DNA of 64,000 nucleotides from a virus. Its lineage: Duplodnaviria > Caudoviricetes. Shown here piece after piece: positions 36,070-45,800 of the stretch; positions within the stretch are counted from its first letter, which is position 1, and each line of letters begins with the position of its first letter. The translations under genes were made by a program, and so were the position numbers. The notes below the pieces were generated by a model. The model worked only from the letters and a program-made list of their open reading frames with translations. It searched no databases and was not told where the DNA came from. The stretch lies in IMG/VR virus record IMGVR_UViG_3300033416_000002, positions 5,012 to 69,011 of that record. One strand, written 5' to 3'.

Positions 36070-36332
36070 GAATGACCGACAAGAGATTCGTGATCATAGG
36101 CATTTGCCTGGGACTGGCCGCCGTGGTCGGGGTGTTCCTGGCTATCGGGGGCTTTCAACTGAACAGCAACTATCAGGTGGCCTGCGCGGTCCAGAAGTCA
36201 GATGGCACAACCACGTTCGAGCGCGGCTGTCACGTAGATGAGTACACCGGGAATCTGCTCTGTCTCGGGGCGACCTATTCGCCTACGGGTTGGGACTCCT
36301 TCCGGTGCGAGCGGCTGGAGGTGCCGAGGTGA
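36066..36332 (+). CDS. Single-TM protein with Cys-rich extracellular part
   Basis: IIGICLGLAAVVGVFLAIGG; four Cys in the C-terminal part. Confidence 0.6.
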   Translation: MRMTDKRFVIIGICLGLAAVVGVFLAIGGFQLNSNYQVACAVQKSDGTTTFERGCHVDEYTGNLLCLGATYSPTGWDSFRCERLEVPR

Positions 36333-36457
36333 TGGATGTGGTGATGATCGTGATTCGCACCGCCGCATTCTGGCCAACGTTAGTCCTCGAGGTGTTCTTG
36401 GTGGGGCTGTGTTCGCTCTGCTGGGGCATCGTCTTCATCAAGCACTCGTGGAAGTAG
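36332..36457 (+). CDS. Small hydrophobic protein (41 aa, not in ORF track)
   Basis: MDVVMIVIRTAAFWPTLVLEVFLVGLCSLCWGIVFIKHSWK; TGATG coupling. Confidence 0.5.
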   Translation: MDVVMIVIRTAAFWPTLVLEVFLVGLCSLCWGIVFIKHSWK

Positions 36458-36482
36458 CGGCTGGAGGCGCCGAGGTAACAAG

Positions 36483-36701
36483 ATGGCTCTGGTAGATCGG
36501 TGGAGTGATTTCTTGCACGGGCTTCTTGAGCAAGATCGCCTGCTCTGGACAGACAGCCCGAACTGGCCTGAAGGCTACACGCCCTCCAGGATCCGATACA
36601 TGTGGACGGGGCCCCTCGGTGTGCAGGTTTCCGAGCTGACGTTCGAGGCGTGGGTGAATCAGCAGCTCGGCTCCCCCTCCTCGGATAAGGAGATCGGTTG
36701 A
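36483..36701 (+). CDS. Hypothetical protein
   Basis: GAGG RBS. Confidence 0.5.
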   Translation: MALVDRWSDFLHGLLEQDRLLWTDSPNWPEGYTPSRIRYMWTGPLGVQVSELTFEAWVNQQLGSPSSDKEIG

Positions 36702-36920
36702 ATGGCAACCAGGTGGAGGCGTCGAGCAGATGGTTGGTACCGTTCTCCGCTGGGTGGTATCATCCAGCTCGAGTCGGGGATCTGGTTCTACGTGCCCATC
36801 AGGGGTAAGTGCGACAGGCCTTTCACGTCTCTGAGAGACGCAAAGCAGTTCGCCGAAGATCACAGGGGGGTCTTGGATGTCACGGAAAACACTGGCCTGG
36901 ACACTGGAAGCGGACGGTAG
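36702..36920 (+). CDS. Hypothetical protein
   Basis: W....G...PF.SL..AK motif. Confidence 0.55.
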   Translation: MATRWRRRADGWYRSPLGGIIQLESGIWFYVPIRGKCDRPFTSLRDAKQFAEDHRGVLDVTENTGLDTGSGR

Positions 36921-37236
36921 GTGGGCATGCGAGAAGAATGGGAAAGAGGTGGGGGTAGCCTACCTGGTGGGGGAGCCACGGAGTCATGCCCTGTGGGCCT
37001 TCATGCCCGACACTTACGTCGAGACGGCTGAGATCTACCTCTATCGTGACTTTGGAGAGATGCATGCCGATCTCATTCGGCTTCTTGCCGGAGACCAGAA
37101 GGTGCTGAGCAATTACGTCACCAAGCTCACTGATCCCACAACGCTTCAGGAGGTTGTTTCGGCCTGGGCGAAGGCGCTCGCATGGGCTGGAACGGATCTA
37201 GAGGGAGAGAACGAGGATGACAGCGAGAAGAGTTAG
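36877..37236 (+). CDS. Hypothetical protein
   Basis: Packing. Confidence 0.5.
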   Translation: MSRKTLAWTLEADGRWACEKNGKEVGVAYLVGEPRSHALWAFMPDTYVETAEIYLYRDFGEMHADLIRLLAGDQKVLSNYVTKLTDPTTLQEVVSAWAKALAWAGTDLEGENEDDSEKS

Positions 37237-37522
37237 TGTGGTGCGGGTGGAGATCTTTCCGGAGGTAGCCGCTTATCCGATCGCCTACGAACCGGCCTCG
37301 GCAGTCTGGCCAAGCCGAGACGACTACAGGCCCGAGACGGGATGGGCAGAGGCGACGCTTCTGCGCCTTGAGGTCGAGTTGGATGGTCAGCGGTTCACGA
37401 CCTACAAGCGGCTCGTGGTTGACGATCTCCTCTCTCCCCTGGACATCTTCCTGCGGGAGGCGGCAATGGAGGTTCGGCGCCTTGCGGCTCAGGCGGGGGG
37501 AGGAGAGGAACATGAGGGCTGA
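37217..37522 (+). CDS. Hypothetical protein
   Basis: Packing. Confidence 0.55.
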   Translation: MTARRVSVVRVEIFPEVAAYPIAYEPASAVWPSRDDYRPETGWAEATLLRLEVELDGQRFTTYKRLVVDDLLSPLDIFLREAAMEVRRLAAQAGGGEEHEG

Positions 37523-37832
37523 TCTCGCGTTGGCATTTCAGTGTACCAGGGATCCCGAGTTGGCCAAGCTGATGAAGGCTGCCACAACCTCGGAGCTTGA
37601 GCTGTTTGGCACAGGGGTGGCGTGTGCCATGAGACTGCCCAAGCATCAATACCGCGAGGGCGCCGCCTTCATACTCGAGGCCCTCCCGGTATGGTTCCCT
37701 GCCATCAAGAAGGCCGAGTCGCGCAGGCTCTTCCTGGACTACGGTCTGTTCCTGGCCCGGCAGTGCGAGGGGCAAATAGCTCGCGGCATTATCCCGGGTG
37801 GTGCATCCGCCATGCCTGACGTAGAATCATAG
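37512..37832 (+). CDS. Hypothetical protein
   Basis: GGAG RBS. Confidence 0.55.
   Translation: MRADLALAFQCTRDPELAKLMKAATTSELELFGTGVACAMRLPKHQYREGAAFILEALPVWFPAIKKAESRRLFLDYGLFLARQCEGQIARGIIPGGASAMPDVES
37798..37827 (+). promoter_or_regulatory. Candidate late promoter
   Basis: GTGGTG-18nt-TAGAAT; same motif and spacing as at 41104, 50482, 60657. Confidence 0.55.
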
Positions 37833-37843
37833 GAGAGGACGAA

Positions 37844-38137
37844 ATGGCACTAACACCGGACGAGACGGCAGAACTCGAGGGGATACTGAGGGAGATGGGT
37901 CTGATTCCCGATGGGGCTGAGGCTGTTGAGCCCCCAGTGTCTCTACCGGGAGCAGGAACGGGGCCTACTGTGGAGCAGTCGGTCGCCTGGGGACAGGCAC
38001 TCGACGCATTCCAGCTGGCTTGCGATCAGGGGAGGGACACGTTGATCGCCCAGGGCTGTCCGGAGCATGTGGCAGCACTGCTCTCGCGCAACATCACGCT
38101 GTTGATCATGTCGCAAATGCTTGACGGTGAAAGTTGA
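37844..38137 (+). CDS. Hypothetical protein
   Basis: GAGG RBS. Confidence 0.6.
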   Translation: MALTPDETAELEGILREMGLIPDGAEAVEPPVSLPGAGTGPTVEQSVAWGQALDAFQLACDQGRDTLIAQGCPEHVAALLSRNITLLIMSQMLDGES

Positions 38138-38154
38138 CCCATAAGGGGCTGTAA

Positions 38155-38748
38155 ATGGCTGCACAGAAGATAAAGCGCCCTTTGGACTGGGATGTATCAT
38201 GGGCTCCACTCGCTAAATACGGTTGGGAGACACAGCGAGCATGGTGGGGGTTGGTTGAATATGCTTTGATGGGCGAGGATCGCAGTTTGCCCGATCTTTG
38301 CCTCAGGTTCCGCGATTCCCCCTCTCCCGCCCCTACCAGGGATGGCACCGTGCTGAACGCCTGGGCCAGGAAGTACTTCTGGCCAGAGCGTGTGGCGGCC
38401 TTCGATCGTGAGCTGAAGCAGCGGGACATCGAGGAGTATGTCACCGAGGATGCCGAGGCCAAGCGGCAGCGACGCCGCATTGCCAAGCAGATGCTGGACG
38501 TGTCCGAGACCCTGAACTTTCGGCTCGCAGAGGTAGTGGCCAGGAGATTGGCCCCTCGTGAGGTGGCAGGCTACACCAAGGTGGCTCTGGACGAGAGCCG
38601 CCAAGAGCACAGCGGGCACACTGAAGTAGTGAAGCACGAGGTAGAGGTAGGGGTAGATCAGGACCTCGCCACTCTCTTGAGGCAGTCGATCGAGGTGAGG
38701 ACGAAGCCCCCGCAACCTCCGAGTGAGGAGGCGCCTCCCGAGGAGTAG
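38155..38748 (+). CDS. Terminase small subunit-like protein
   Basis: E..RA....Y..MG..RSL....W..KY.W..R.AA.D pattern; shortly upstream of TerL. Confidence 0.6.
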   Translation: MAAQKIKRPLDWDVSWAPLAKYGWETQRAWWGLVEYALMGEDRSLPDLCLRFRDSPSPAPTRDGTVLNAWARKYFWPERVAAFDRELKQRDIEEYVTEDAEAKRQRRRIAKQMLDVSETLNFRLAEVVARRLAPREVAGYTKVALDESRQEHSGHTEVVKHEVEVGVDQDLATLLRQSIEVRTKPPQPPSEEAPPEE

Positions 38749-38751
38749 GAG

Positions 38752-38982
38752 ATGCCCGGTCCAGAGTGGGAATACGTGAGTGCCCTGATGGACGAGGCTC
38801 TAGACAAGGCGGAGCAGGCGGCAGCCAAGACGCCAGGCGATTGGGATGCGGTCCTAGTATTCCACCCAGGACTCTCTGGGCAGTTGTGTCTTGTGAATAC
38901 CGGCAGGCGCCCCGTTACCATACGCAGTTGGGAGAGTGACCTCGAGATGCTCAACGCTCTGCGTGACTATGTGGAAGACTAG
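38752..38982 (+). CDS. Hypothetical protein
   Basis: GGAG RBS. Confidence 0.5.
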   Translation: MPGPEWEYVSALMDEALDKAEQAAAKTPGDWDAVLVFHPGLSGQLCLVNTGRRPVTIRSWESDLEMLNALRDYVED

Positions 38983-39223
38983 GCGGATCCGTGTCCATGC
39001 ACGCTCACTTTTTGTCTGGCTGGCCGAACTACTAGCCGACATCTCCACTACGCTAGCCCAGAAGGCCAATTGGGTGATGGACGTAGCGAATAGGATTGAG
39101 CCTGGGAAGCAGATGGTTCGGTACGTATCGCAGGGCACGATGGAGTTCTGGCTGGACTTCAATACGGATGTAGCCAAGAGGCTTGGACTTGAAGGCGTGC
39201 CCATCCACGAGGAAGATGAGTGA
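38969..39223 (+). CDS. Hypothetical protein
   Basis: Abuts the TerL start. Confidence 0.45.
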   Translation: MWKTRRIRVHARSLFVWLAELLADISTTLAQKANWVMDVANRIEPGKQMVRYVSQGTMEFWLDFNTDVAKRLGLEGVPIHEEDE

Positions 39224-40840
39224 GTGGCTACCCCCACCTCGGTTGAGCGGGCAGCCGCGGCAAGGACTGCTACAAGCAGCCTTCTGTCCTACATCATCCA
39301 CACAACCCCCTTCATTGACATAGGCGGCTTCCATCTGCTGGCGATCGACCATCTCGAGGCCCTCGAGAGGGGCGACTTCGATCGTCTGATGATCAATGTG
39401 CCCCCTCGGCACGGCAAGACCGAGCTGGTGAAGCGGTTTGGGGGCTACCATCTCGGCAAGTTCCCAGACGACATGCTCATGATCTGCTCCTATGGGGCAG
39501 AGCTGGCCTACGAGATCAGCTACGACGTGCGCGCCCAGCTCACTGACAGCTCGTATCCCTTCAACGTCAGGGTGCAGGCAGGCAGGGCGGCTGTCAAGAG
39601 ATGGGGAATCGAGGGCAGGCGGGGTGGGGTGGTTGCTGCTGGTGTAGGCGGGGCTATCACAGGGAAGGGCGCCAACATCCTGATTATCGACGACCCCGTG
39701 AAAGATCGTGAACAAGCCGATTCGCCTACCTGGCGGGACAAGACGTGGCGCTGGTACAGGGATACGGCTTACACGCGACTCATGCCAGGTGGCAAGGTCA
39801 TCGTGATTCAGACTCGCTGGCATCAGGGGGATCTCTCAGGGCTCTTGATTGATGCCATGCAGAACGTGGTCGGTGCAGATGAGTGGGTAGTTCTGAACCT
39901 ACCCGCCCTGGCCTATGGGTCTGACGAGTGGCCCGAGTACATCCCCCCAGAATCCAGGCGAGATCCTCTTGGTAGGCGTCCAGGGCAGGCACTTTGGCCT
40001 GAGTGGTACGATGAAGAGAAGCTGGCTCGCATTCATGCCACGATGTCGGCGGGAGTTGAGGGCCCTCGGGGTTGGAGATCACTGTACCAGCAGAATCCCA
40101 CGGCAATCTTCGGTGGGGTGTTCCAGCGCGAGTGGATGGGCCAGCGATTCGCTACCTATCACGAGCTGGACATCAAGCGCATCGGGATCTTTGTGGACTC
40201 GGCCTTCATAGAGGGTGTGGCTACAGCCTTCAGTGTGGCTGCCGTGTGGGCAGAGACGCCCTCGGGCTTCGCTCTACTGGACGAGTCGAGGGCCAGGGTG
40301 GGCTTTGACGAGCTTCTCCAGATGATTCGGGACTGTTACGAGACCTGGAGGGCTAGGGTGCCCGGGATCATCCCCGAGGTAGTGATCGAGAACAAGGCAT
40401 CGGGCATTTCGGCCATCCAGGTGCTCTCCAAGGGGCAGATTCCAGTTACGCCCTGGCCTGATCCCAACTCGCCCTCTGAGAGGAAGCTGGCTACGGCAAG
40501 CAAGGAAGCCAGGGCGGATCAGGCAACCGTGCCCTTTAGGGCTGGGAAGATCTGGTTGCCACGATCTGCTCCCTGGATTGCCGACTGGGTGACTGAGCAC
40601 ACGGACTTCCCAACCGCGATCTTCAAGGACAGGGTTGATACGACGGGCATGATGGTGTCACGCTTCTACTCTGTGGTCGAGGCGGCCTCGGCCGGGGACC
40701 TGGAAGAGCAGGAGTCGTACTGGGCAAACCAGGCACGGGTCAGGGGTTTCTCTACGGGCTTCAGGGGGGGCGAGGATGGATACCTGGGACATTTCAGACG
40801 AGGAGGTAGGGGTGAGCAAACAGCCGCAATTGATGATTGA
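39224..40840 (+). CDS. terL: Terminase large subunit
   Basis: PPRHGKT Walker A, IIDDP Walker B, IQTRWH, LYQQ.P, VDSA, IENKASG, DRVD nuclease motifs. Confidence 0.95.
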   Translation: MATPTSVERAAAARTATSSLLSYIIHTTPFIDIGGFHLLAIDHLEALERGDFDRLMINVPPRHGKTELVKRFGGYHLGKFPDDMLMICSYGAELAYEISYDVRAQLTDSSYPFNVRVQAGRAAVKRWGIEGRRGGVVAAGVGGAITGKGANILIIDDPVKDREQADSPTWRDKTWRWYRDTAYTRLMPGGKVIVIQTRWHQGDLSGLLIDAMQNVVGADEWVVLNLPALAYGSDEWPEYIPPESRRDPLGRRPGQALWPEWYDEEKLARIHATMSAGVEGPRGWRSLYQQNPTAIFGGVFQREWMGQRFATYHELDIKRIGIFVDSAFIEGVATAFSVAAVWAETPSGFALLDESRARVGFDELLQMIRDCYETWRARVPGIIPEVVIENKASGISAIQVLSKGQIPVTPWPDPNSPSERKLATASKEARADQATVPFRAGKIWLPRSAPWIADWVTEHTDFPTAIFKDRVDTTGMMVSRFYSVVEAASAGDLEEQESYWANQARVRGFSTGFRGGEDGYLGHFRRGGRGEQTAAIDD

Positions 40841-41096
40841 CCAAGTGGTGTTCGGGGGGAATGAGCTGATCATCTCCTTTCAGCGTCCTCACGGCCTGGT
40901 GAGGTACCAGGTCAAGCTCCTGGGCATGTTCACCAAGATCTCCGAGCCCACGGGGGTGCTGGCCATTCAGATTCTGGCCTCGAACGCGGCGGCTCGTGAG
41001 GAATTGCGACAGGTGGGCGCCGAGCAGTACAAGGACATCGGACTGCTTGACGGACTTGATGCCACGGACTGCCCTGTCCTCCAGGAGGAGCAGTAA
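40812..41096 (+). CDS. Hypothetical protein
   Basis: AGGAGG RBS before GTG. Confidence 0.55.
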   Translation: MSKQPQLMIDQVVFGGNELIISFQRPHGLVRYQVKLLGMFTKISEPTGVLAIQILASNAAAREELRQVGAEQYKDIGLLDGLDATDCPVLQEEQ

Positions 41097-41103
41097 GCGC
41101 AGT

Positions 41104-41133
41104 TTCGTGCAGTGGAGTGAGGCAGAATAGAAT
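41104..41133 (+). promoter_or_regulatory. Candidate late promoter (portal)
   Basis: TTCGTG-18nt-TAGAAT. Confidence 0.6.
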
Positions 41134-41160
41134 AGGCTGGCTATCAGCGGGAGGTGGGCC

Positions 41161-42855
41161 TTGACGAAGTACGACATCGGCAATCTCAGGGCCATGGCCC
41201 GGACTGATCCGGCATCCCTAGACAAAGACATGAAGAACGCCCTGCTGGCCGCGGCCCTAGAGGACCGCGGTATCAGTGGGGCTCGACGCATTTCTGAGAC
41301 CGGCGACCTCTCAGACCCCGAGGACCGGGCTCGAGAACGAGAGATCCAGGAGGGCATCTGGGACGGGGACGATCCCGATCGCTTCCTGGGCGACTCGGTG
41401 GGCGGACAGCCCTACATGCGCAGGATCACCTCTGCCGCACGGCGCAAGGACCTCACGCCGATGCAGCAGGAGAAGATGTTCAAGCTGGCGGTCTTCCTCT
41501 GGGATCGCAACCCACTTGCCGCCAGGGTGATCCGTCGTGCCGTCAACTACGTCCTGGGTGAAGGTATCCAGGTAGTGGCTCGGCACAAGAAGAACGAAGT
41601 TCGCAACGAGATTCAGAAGATCATCGACCAGTTCTGGTTCGACCCCCGGAACCGCCTCGATGTGCGTCTGCTGCGTTGGGCTCTGGCTTGGCGTGCCTAT
41701 GGTGAGTTGGCCTTGAGAGTGGGCGTCAATCCCGTTACCGGCCTGGTGCGTCTTGCCTACATCTCTCCCGAGATGATCACCGACGTGAAGACCGAGCCTG
41801 GGGACATCGAGCAGCTCGAGAAGCTCGTCGTCAGGAAGGTCGAGCAGGACGAAAACGGCAACGTGCGAGAGATGGTTGGGAAAACTGAAGATCTCGCCAT
41901 TGTAGCCACCTATGAGGGCATACCAATATCAAGCGACGAGAAGCTACTCGAACGAACGCCCGGCAGGCAATATGGGCAAGCGTTCTACTTCGCCGCCAAC
42001 ACCCTGCCCGACATGGTGCGAGGGCGCTCGGATCTCCTGGCGATCGCCGATGTGCTGGATGCCTACGATCAGTTCATCTGGACCAGGATGGAACGACAGG
42101 CGATGCTCCTCGCGTTCGTTTGGAGCATCGAGCTGGCGGGGGCAAGCAATGAGCAGATCGACGCCTGGATCAAGAAGCACAGGAGTACTCCCCGTCCGGG
42201 CTCACTCCAGGTCCACAACGAGAAGGTGAAGTGGAATCCTGTCTCACCCACCCTGGGAAGCAGCGAGGGCCTGCAAGAGAGCGACCTGATCATCAACTAC
42301 ATCGCCACCTCGCAGGGAATGCCCGGGATGTGGTTCGGGCGCGAGCAGGATCCCAACAAGGCTAACGGCTCGAACCTGACAGGGCCCACGCTCAAGGATC
42401 TCACTTGTCTCCAGAACGAGTTCAAGGGGCTGATCTCCCGACTGCTGATGTTCGTGCTGGACGTGGCGATTCAGCAAGGGAGGCTCCCTGATGACCTCGA
42501 TCTCCGACAGAGCTTCGACATCCAACTCCCCGACTTGTCCCAGAAGGACATGGCCCTTACGGCCACCACGCTTGCTACTCTGGCCAACGCCCTGACGGCA
42601 GCTCGCACGGGCCAGATGATTGACCTTCAGACCTCGCAGGAGGTGTTCCTGCTCGCCCTAGCACCCACGGGGATCGAGGCAGACATTGCCGAGGTCAGGA
42701 AGCGCATCCAGCAGGAGACAGAGGACGCCGCCGCCAAGCAGGAGGAGGAAACCGAGAAGTGGTACCAGCAACAGGCTGCGTACCAGCAGTCTGCACAGCC
42801 AGCACAGACAGAGGGCGAGGCAATGCCCGAAGAGGAGTACACTGGCTATGACTAG
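41161..42855 (+). CDS. Portal protein
   Basis: 564 aa after TerL; NPLA..I....V.G.GI, GRSDL, P.PGS..VHN.KV.W motifs. Confidence 0.85.
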   Translation: MTKYDIGNLRAMARTDPASLDKDMKNALLAAALEDRGISGARRISETGDLSDPEDRAREREIQEGIWDGDDPDRFLGDSVGGQPYMRRITSAARRKDLTPMQQEKMFKLAVFLWDRNPLAARVIRRAVNYVLGEGIQVVARHKKNEVRNEIQKIIDQFWFDPRNRLDVRLLRWALAWRAYGELALRVGVNPVTGLVRLAYISPEMITDVKTEPGDIEQLEKLVVRKVEQDENGNVREMVGKTEDLAIVATYEGIPISSDEKLLERTPGRQYGQAFYFAANTLPDMVRGRSDLLAIADVLDAYDQFIWTRMERQAMLLAFVWSIELAGASNEQIDAWIKKHRSTPRPGSLQVHNEKVKWNPVSPTLGSSEGLQESDLIINYIATSQGMPGMWFGREQDPNKANGSNLTGPTLKDLTCLQNEFKGLISRLLMFVLDVAIQQGRLPDDLDLRQSFDIQLPDLSQKDMALTATTLATLANALTAARTGQMIDLQTSQEVFLLALAPTGIEADIAEVRKRIQQETEDAAAKQEEETEKWYQQQAAYQQSAQPAQTEGEAMPEEEYTGYD

Positions 42856-45800
42856 TGCGAGCCAGGCGGGCTTTCTTCTCCTCGAGCACCCAGGTCATCC
42901 TGACCAATCAGTACATGCACCAATCAAGCGGGCCGCGCGCGCGGTCAAGCGGGTGCGCGTCAAGTTGAAGGATCCAGCTCGGCGGAAGGCCTACTTGAAC
43001 GCTGCCGGTCGCGGTGCTGCGGAGGGGTATCTGAAGGGTGCCGCTCACGCCGCCGCCCTGGGTGCTGGTGCTATGGCGCTCCGTGGTGGACGAATGACAA
43101 CCGCCGAAGATCTGATGGGGGGGGCGCTAACCGGAGCCTTCTTCGGTGCTCCGGCAGGGGCCTTGATCGGGGCGGGGGCCGAGATGCGCCGAGAGAACCG
43201 CAAGCGAAAGCGAGAGAGGGTCAAGGAGTCTGGTGTGAACCACCTCGATATGGCAAGGGATCTCCGCTTGGATCTTCTTGAGCATCCGGGGCACCCCGAT
43301 CAGTCTGTGCATGGCAATCGGCAGACCACGATGTCAGGGGGGCGGATTACTGGCTCAATGAGGCGCAGGGCGTTTGTGCGTGGCGCGGCAGAAGGGGCGT
43401 GGGCCGGGGCAAAGCTGGGTGCGAAAACAGCAGCCATGGGAGCTGTGACCGATGTTGCTATAAACCTCGCTCTTGCCAAGGTGACGGGAGGGTCGGTTGG
43501 CGTCAAGCAGGCCTCGCGGCTACTGAAGTCCAACGTGCCCGCCGCTAAAAAGGCGGTGACAAGGGCGGTTGTGTCAGCGACGGTTCTTCATGGTATGAGT
43601 GCGGCGGTGAGAGGGCCAGACGACATAGCGGGTGGTGACCTCCGCTCGCGGGTCAAGGATTATGCGCGTTACTCCAAGATCCAGCGCATGAAGGCCGAGC
43701 GGACGATCAGAAAACTTCCCCCCGATCAGCAACGGGCTGCATTTGAGAACTGGACGAGGGCGTCTCAACGCGAGATCCTGGGGGGATTCGATGCTACCGG
43801 CAAGCTGACATTCACCAACCGCGGTACTACGAGAGGTGTTGGGCCGAGTTATGGCTCTCTCCTGACGGGGAAGGCGCAAAGAAGCAAGGCCCTGAGTCAC
43901 GTACACCCAACCAATGCCGCGAACTATCTCTCCTCTGGAGACATGGCCGCCGCTTTCAAGGTGGGAAAGGGAATAGCCTCCGTAACTCCCGAGGGAAAGA
44001 GAGAAGAACTTAGAGTGACGGGGGGCGCCAAGGGTCTATGGCAAGGAATGGCGGCCAAAAACGCAACAGCAAGGTACGATAATGAGATTCAGCGGCGAGC
44101 CTGGGGGACCAGGGAGTATGTCACGCGCGGAACGCAGGTGACGAAGCGTTCTGGCGGCTCCGGGAAGATGATGCGAGGCCATCTTGCCGCAGTGGCAAGG
44201 GAACACAAGGGTCACGAGAAGACTGCCAAGACCAGACTTGGCAAGGCCTATCACGCCAAGAGGGCCAAGGGCGCCTTGGAGCTAAGGGCAAAGGTAAGGG
44301 AAACCGACATGAATCACCTCGATGTGGCAAGGGGCTTTCGCCTGGAACTACTCGAGCACCCAGGGCACCCGGACCAGTCAGTTCACAGCCCGGTGAAAAG
44401 GGCCGGGCGCCCTACCCGTGGATCTGGACGCACGTCTCGCGTTGGCTCCATGAAGCAAGGTGCCAGGCGGGTTGGGGGCAGGCTCAAGCCCGGAGAGCAC
44501 GCGGGCAACGTTGCTCGCATTGCCAAGGGCGCAACGGCTGGAGCGGTACAGGGAGCTGTTACCGCGGCGATCTTCGCTCCATTCACTGGGGGTCTCTCGG
44601 CGGCATCAGTTGGTCGGCAGGCCTTGGCAGGAGCACTTGTGGCCGGGGGGGGGAAGGCGGAGGACATTGGTTCCCAGTACCGCTCGGGAGGGCGCAAGCT
44701 CAGGCGCGAGGCCCGTGGTCGGGTTACCAAGAAAGCGCAGAATCGGATCCAGAAAGCCGCCGCAAGGCAAGAACGCCGAGGGTCGGCCTATTCCACCCTG
44801 GGCACGGTGACTAGAGTGGCGGGCTATGGAACGGCATTTGGCTTGGATCGCCCGCTACGAAGTGGTATTCGTGGGGCTGGGGCGCGCGTGGGTGCGGCGC
44901 GGGTCAATCGAGGCGCGGCGGGTCGAAGGCACACGGCTACCGGACCAACGATCGGCCTGGGTAAGGGTGGCTATTGGGTCAAGGAGAGTCGCGGGGACCT
45001 CCTTGAGATCGGAGTTGCTCCTTGGCAGGAGGGCAAGCACAAGCGGGTCGGTGGGAAGTTTGCCGCCAAGAACGCCGGGCCTCCGGGTGCGCCAGCCGCT
45101 CCCATTGCTCCCACCACGTTCACCAAGCCCACGGGAGTAGCAACCGTTGGCCCCATGAAGCCCACGGCCATGGCGAGCCCAGCTCCAGCACCGGCTGGCC
45201 CTCGCCCCGGAGCCCCCCCTCCCGCATCAGCGGGCAGGGGTGGCGTGCGTCCCACCAAGAAGGGTGGGCGTGACGCGGGAGGCAAGGGGCGGCCTGCTGG
45301 AATGCCTGAGTCCAAGAACAAGGGGAAGAGTCGATTTCGCGCCGGAGAAAAGACCAGGTGGAAGCCCGGGGATCCGGTGCCCACGGGGAGAGGGGGAAAG
45401 CCCATGCCTACCAAGAAGAAGCCCGTTGTGAAAAAGGTGGTAAGGGAATCCACCGACATTCTTGAGCACCCCGGGCATCCCGACCAGAGCGTCCATTCAC
45501 CTATCAAGAGGGCGGGAAGGGCGATTCGTGGCGCAGGGAAGGCGCTCGGCAACAAGCCCAAGGTGAGACGCGCGAAAGCCACCATCCGTGCCGCTGGCAA
45601 GGTGAGGAGCGCGGGTCTCAAGGCGAGCAAGGTGGGCTACAAGGCGGGAAGGACTCTTGCACGTTCACCCATCACGGCCGTGAGGACCGCGAAGAAGGGT
45701 GCCGGGCCTGCCGTTGCCTACGCCTCCGACATCAAGGGAGCCGCCAAGGCAACGAAGGGCATCAAGCAGCAAGCGGCCCGTGAGCTGAACAAGACCAAGT

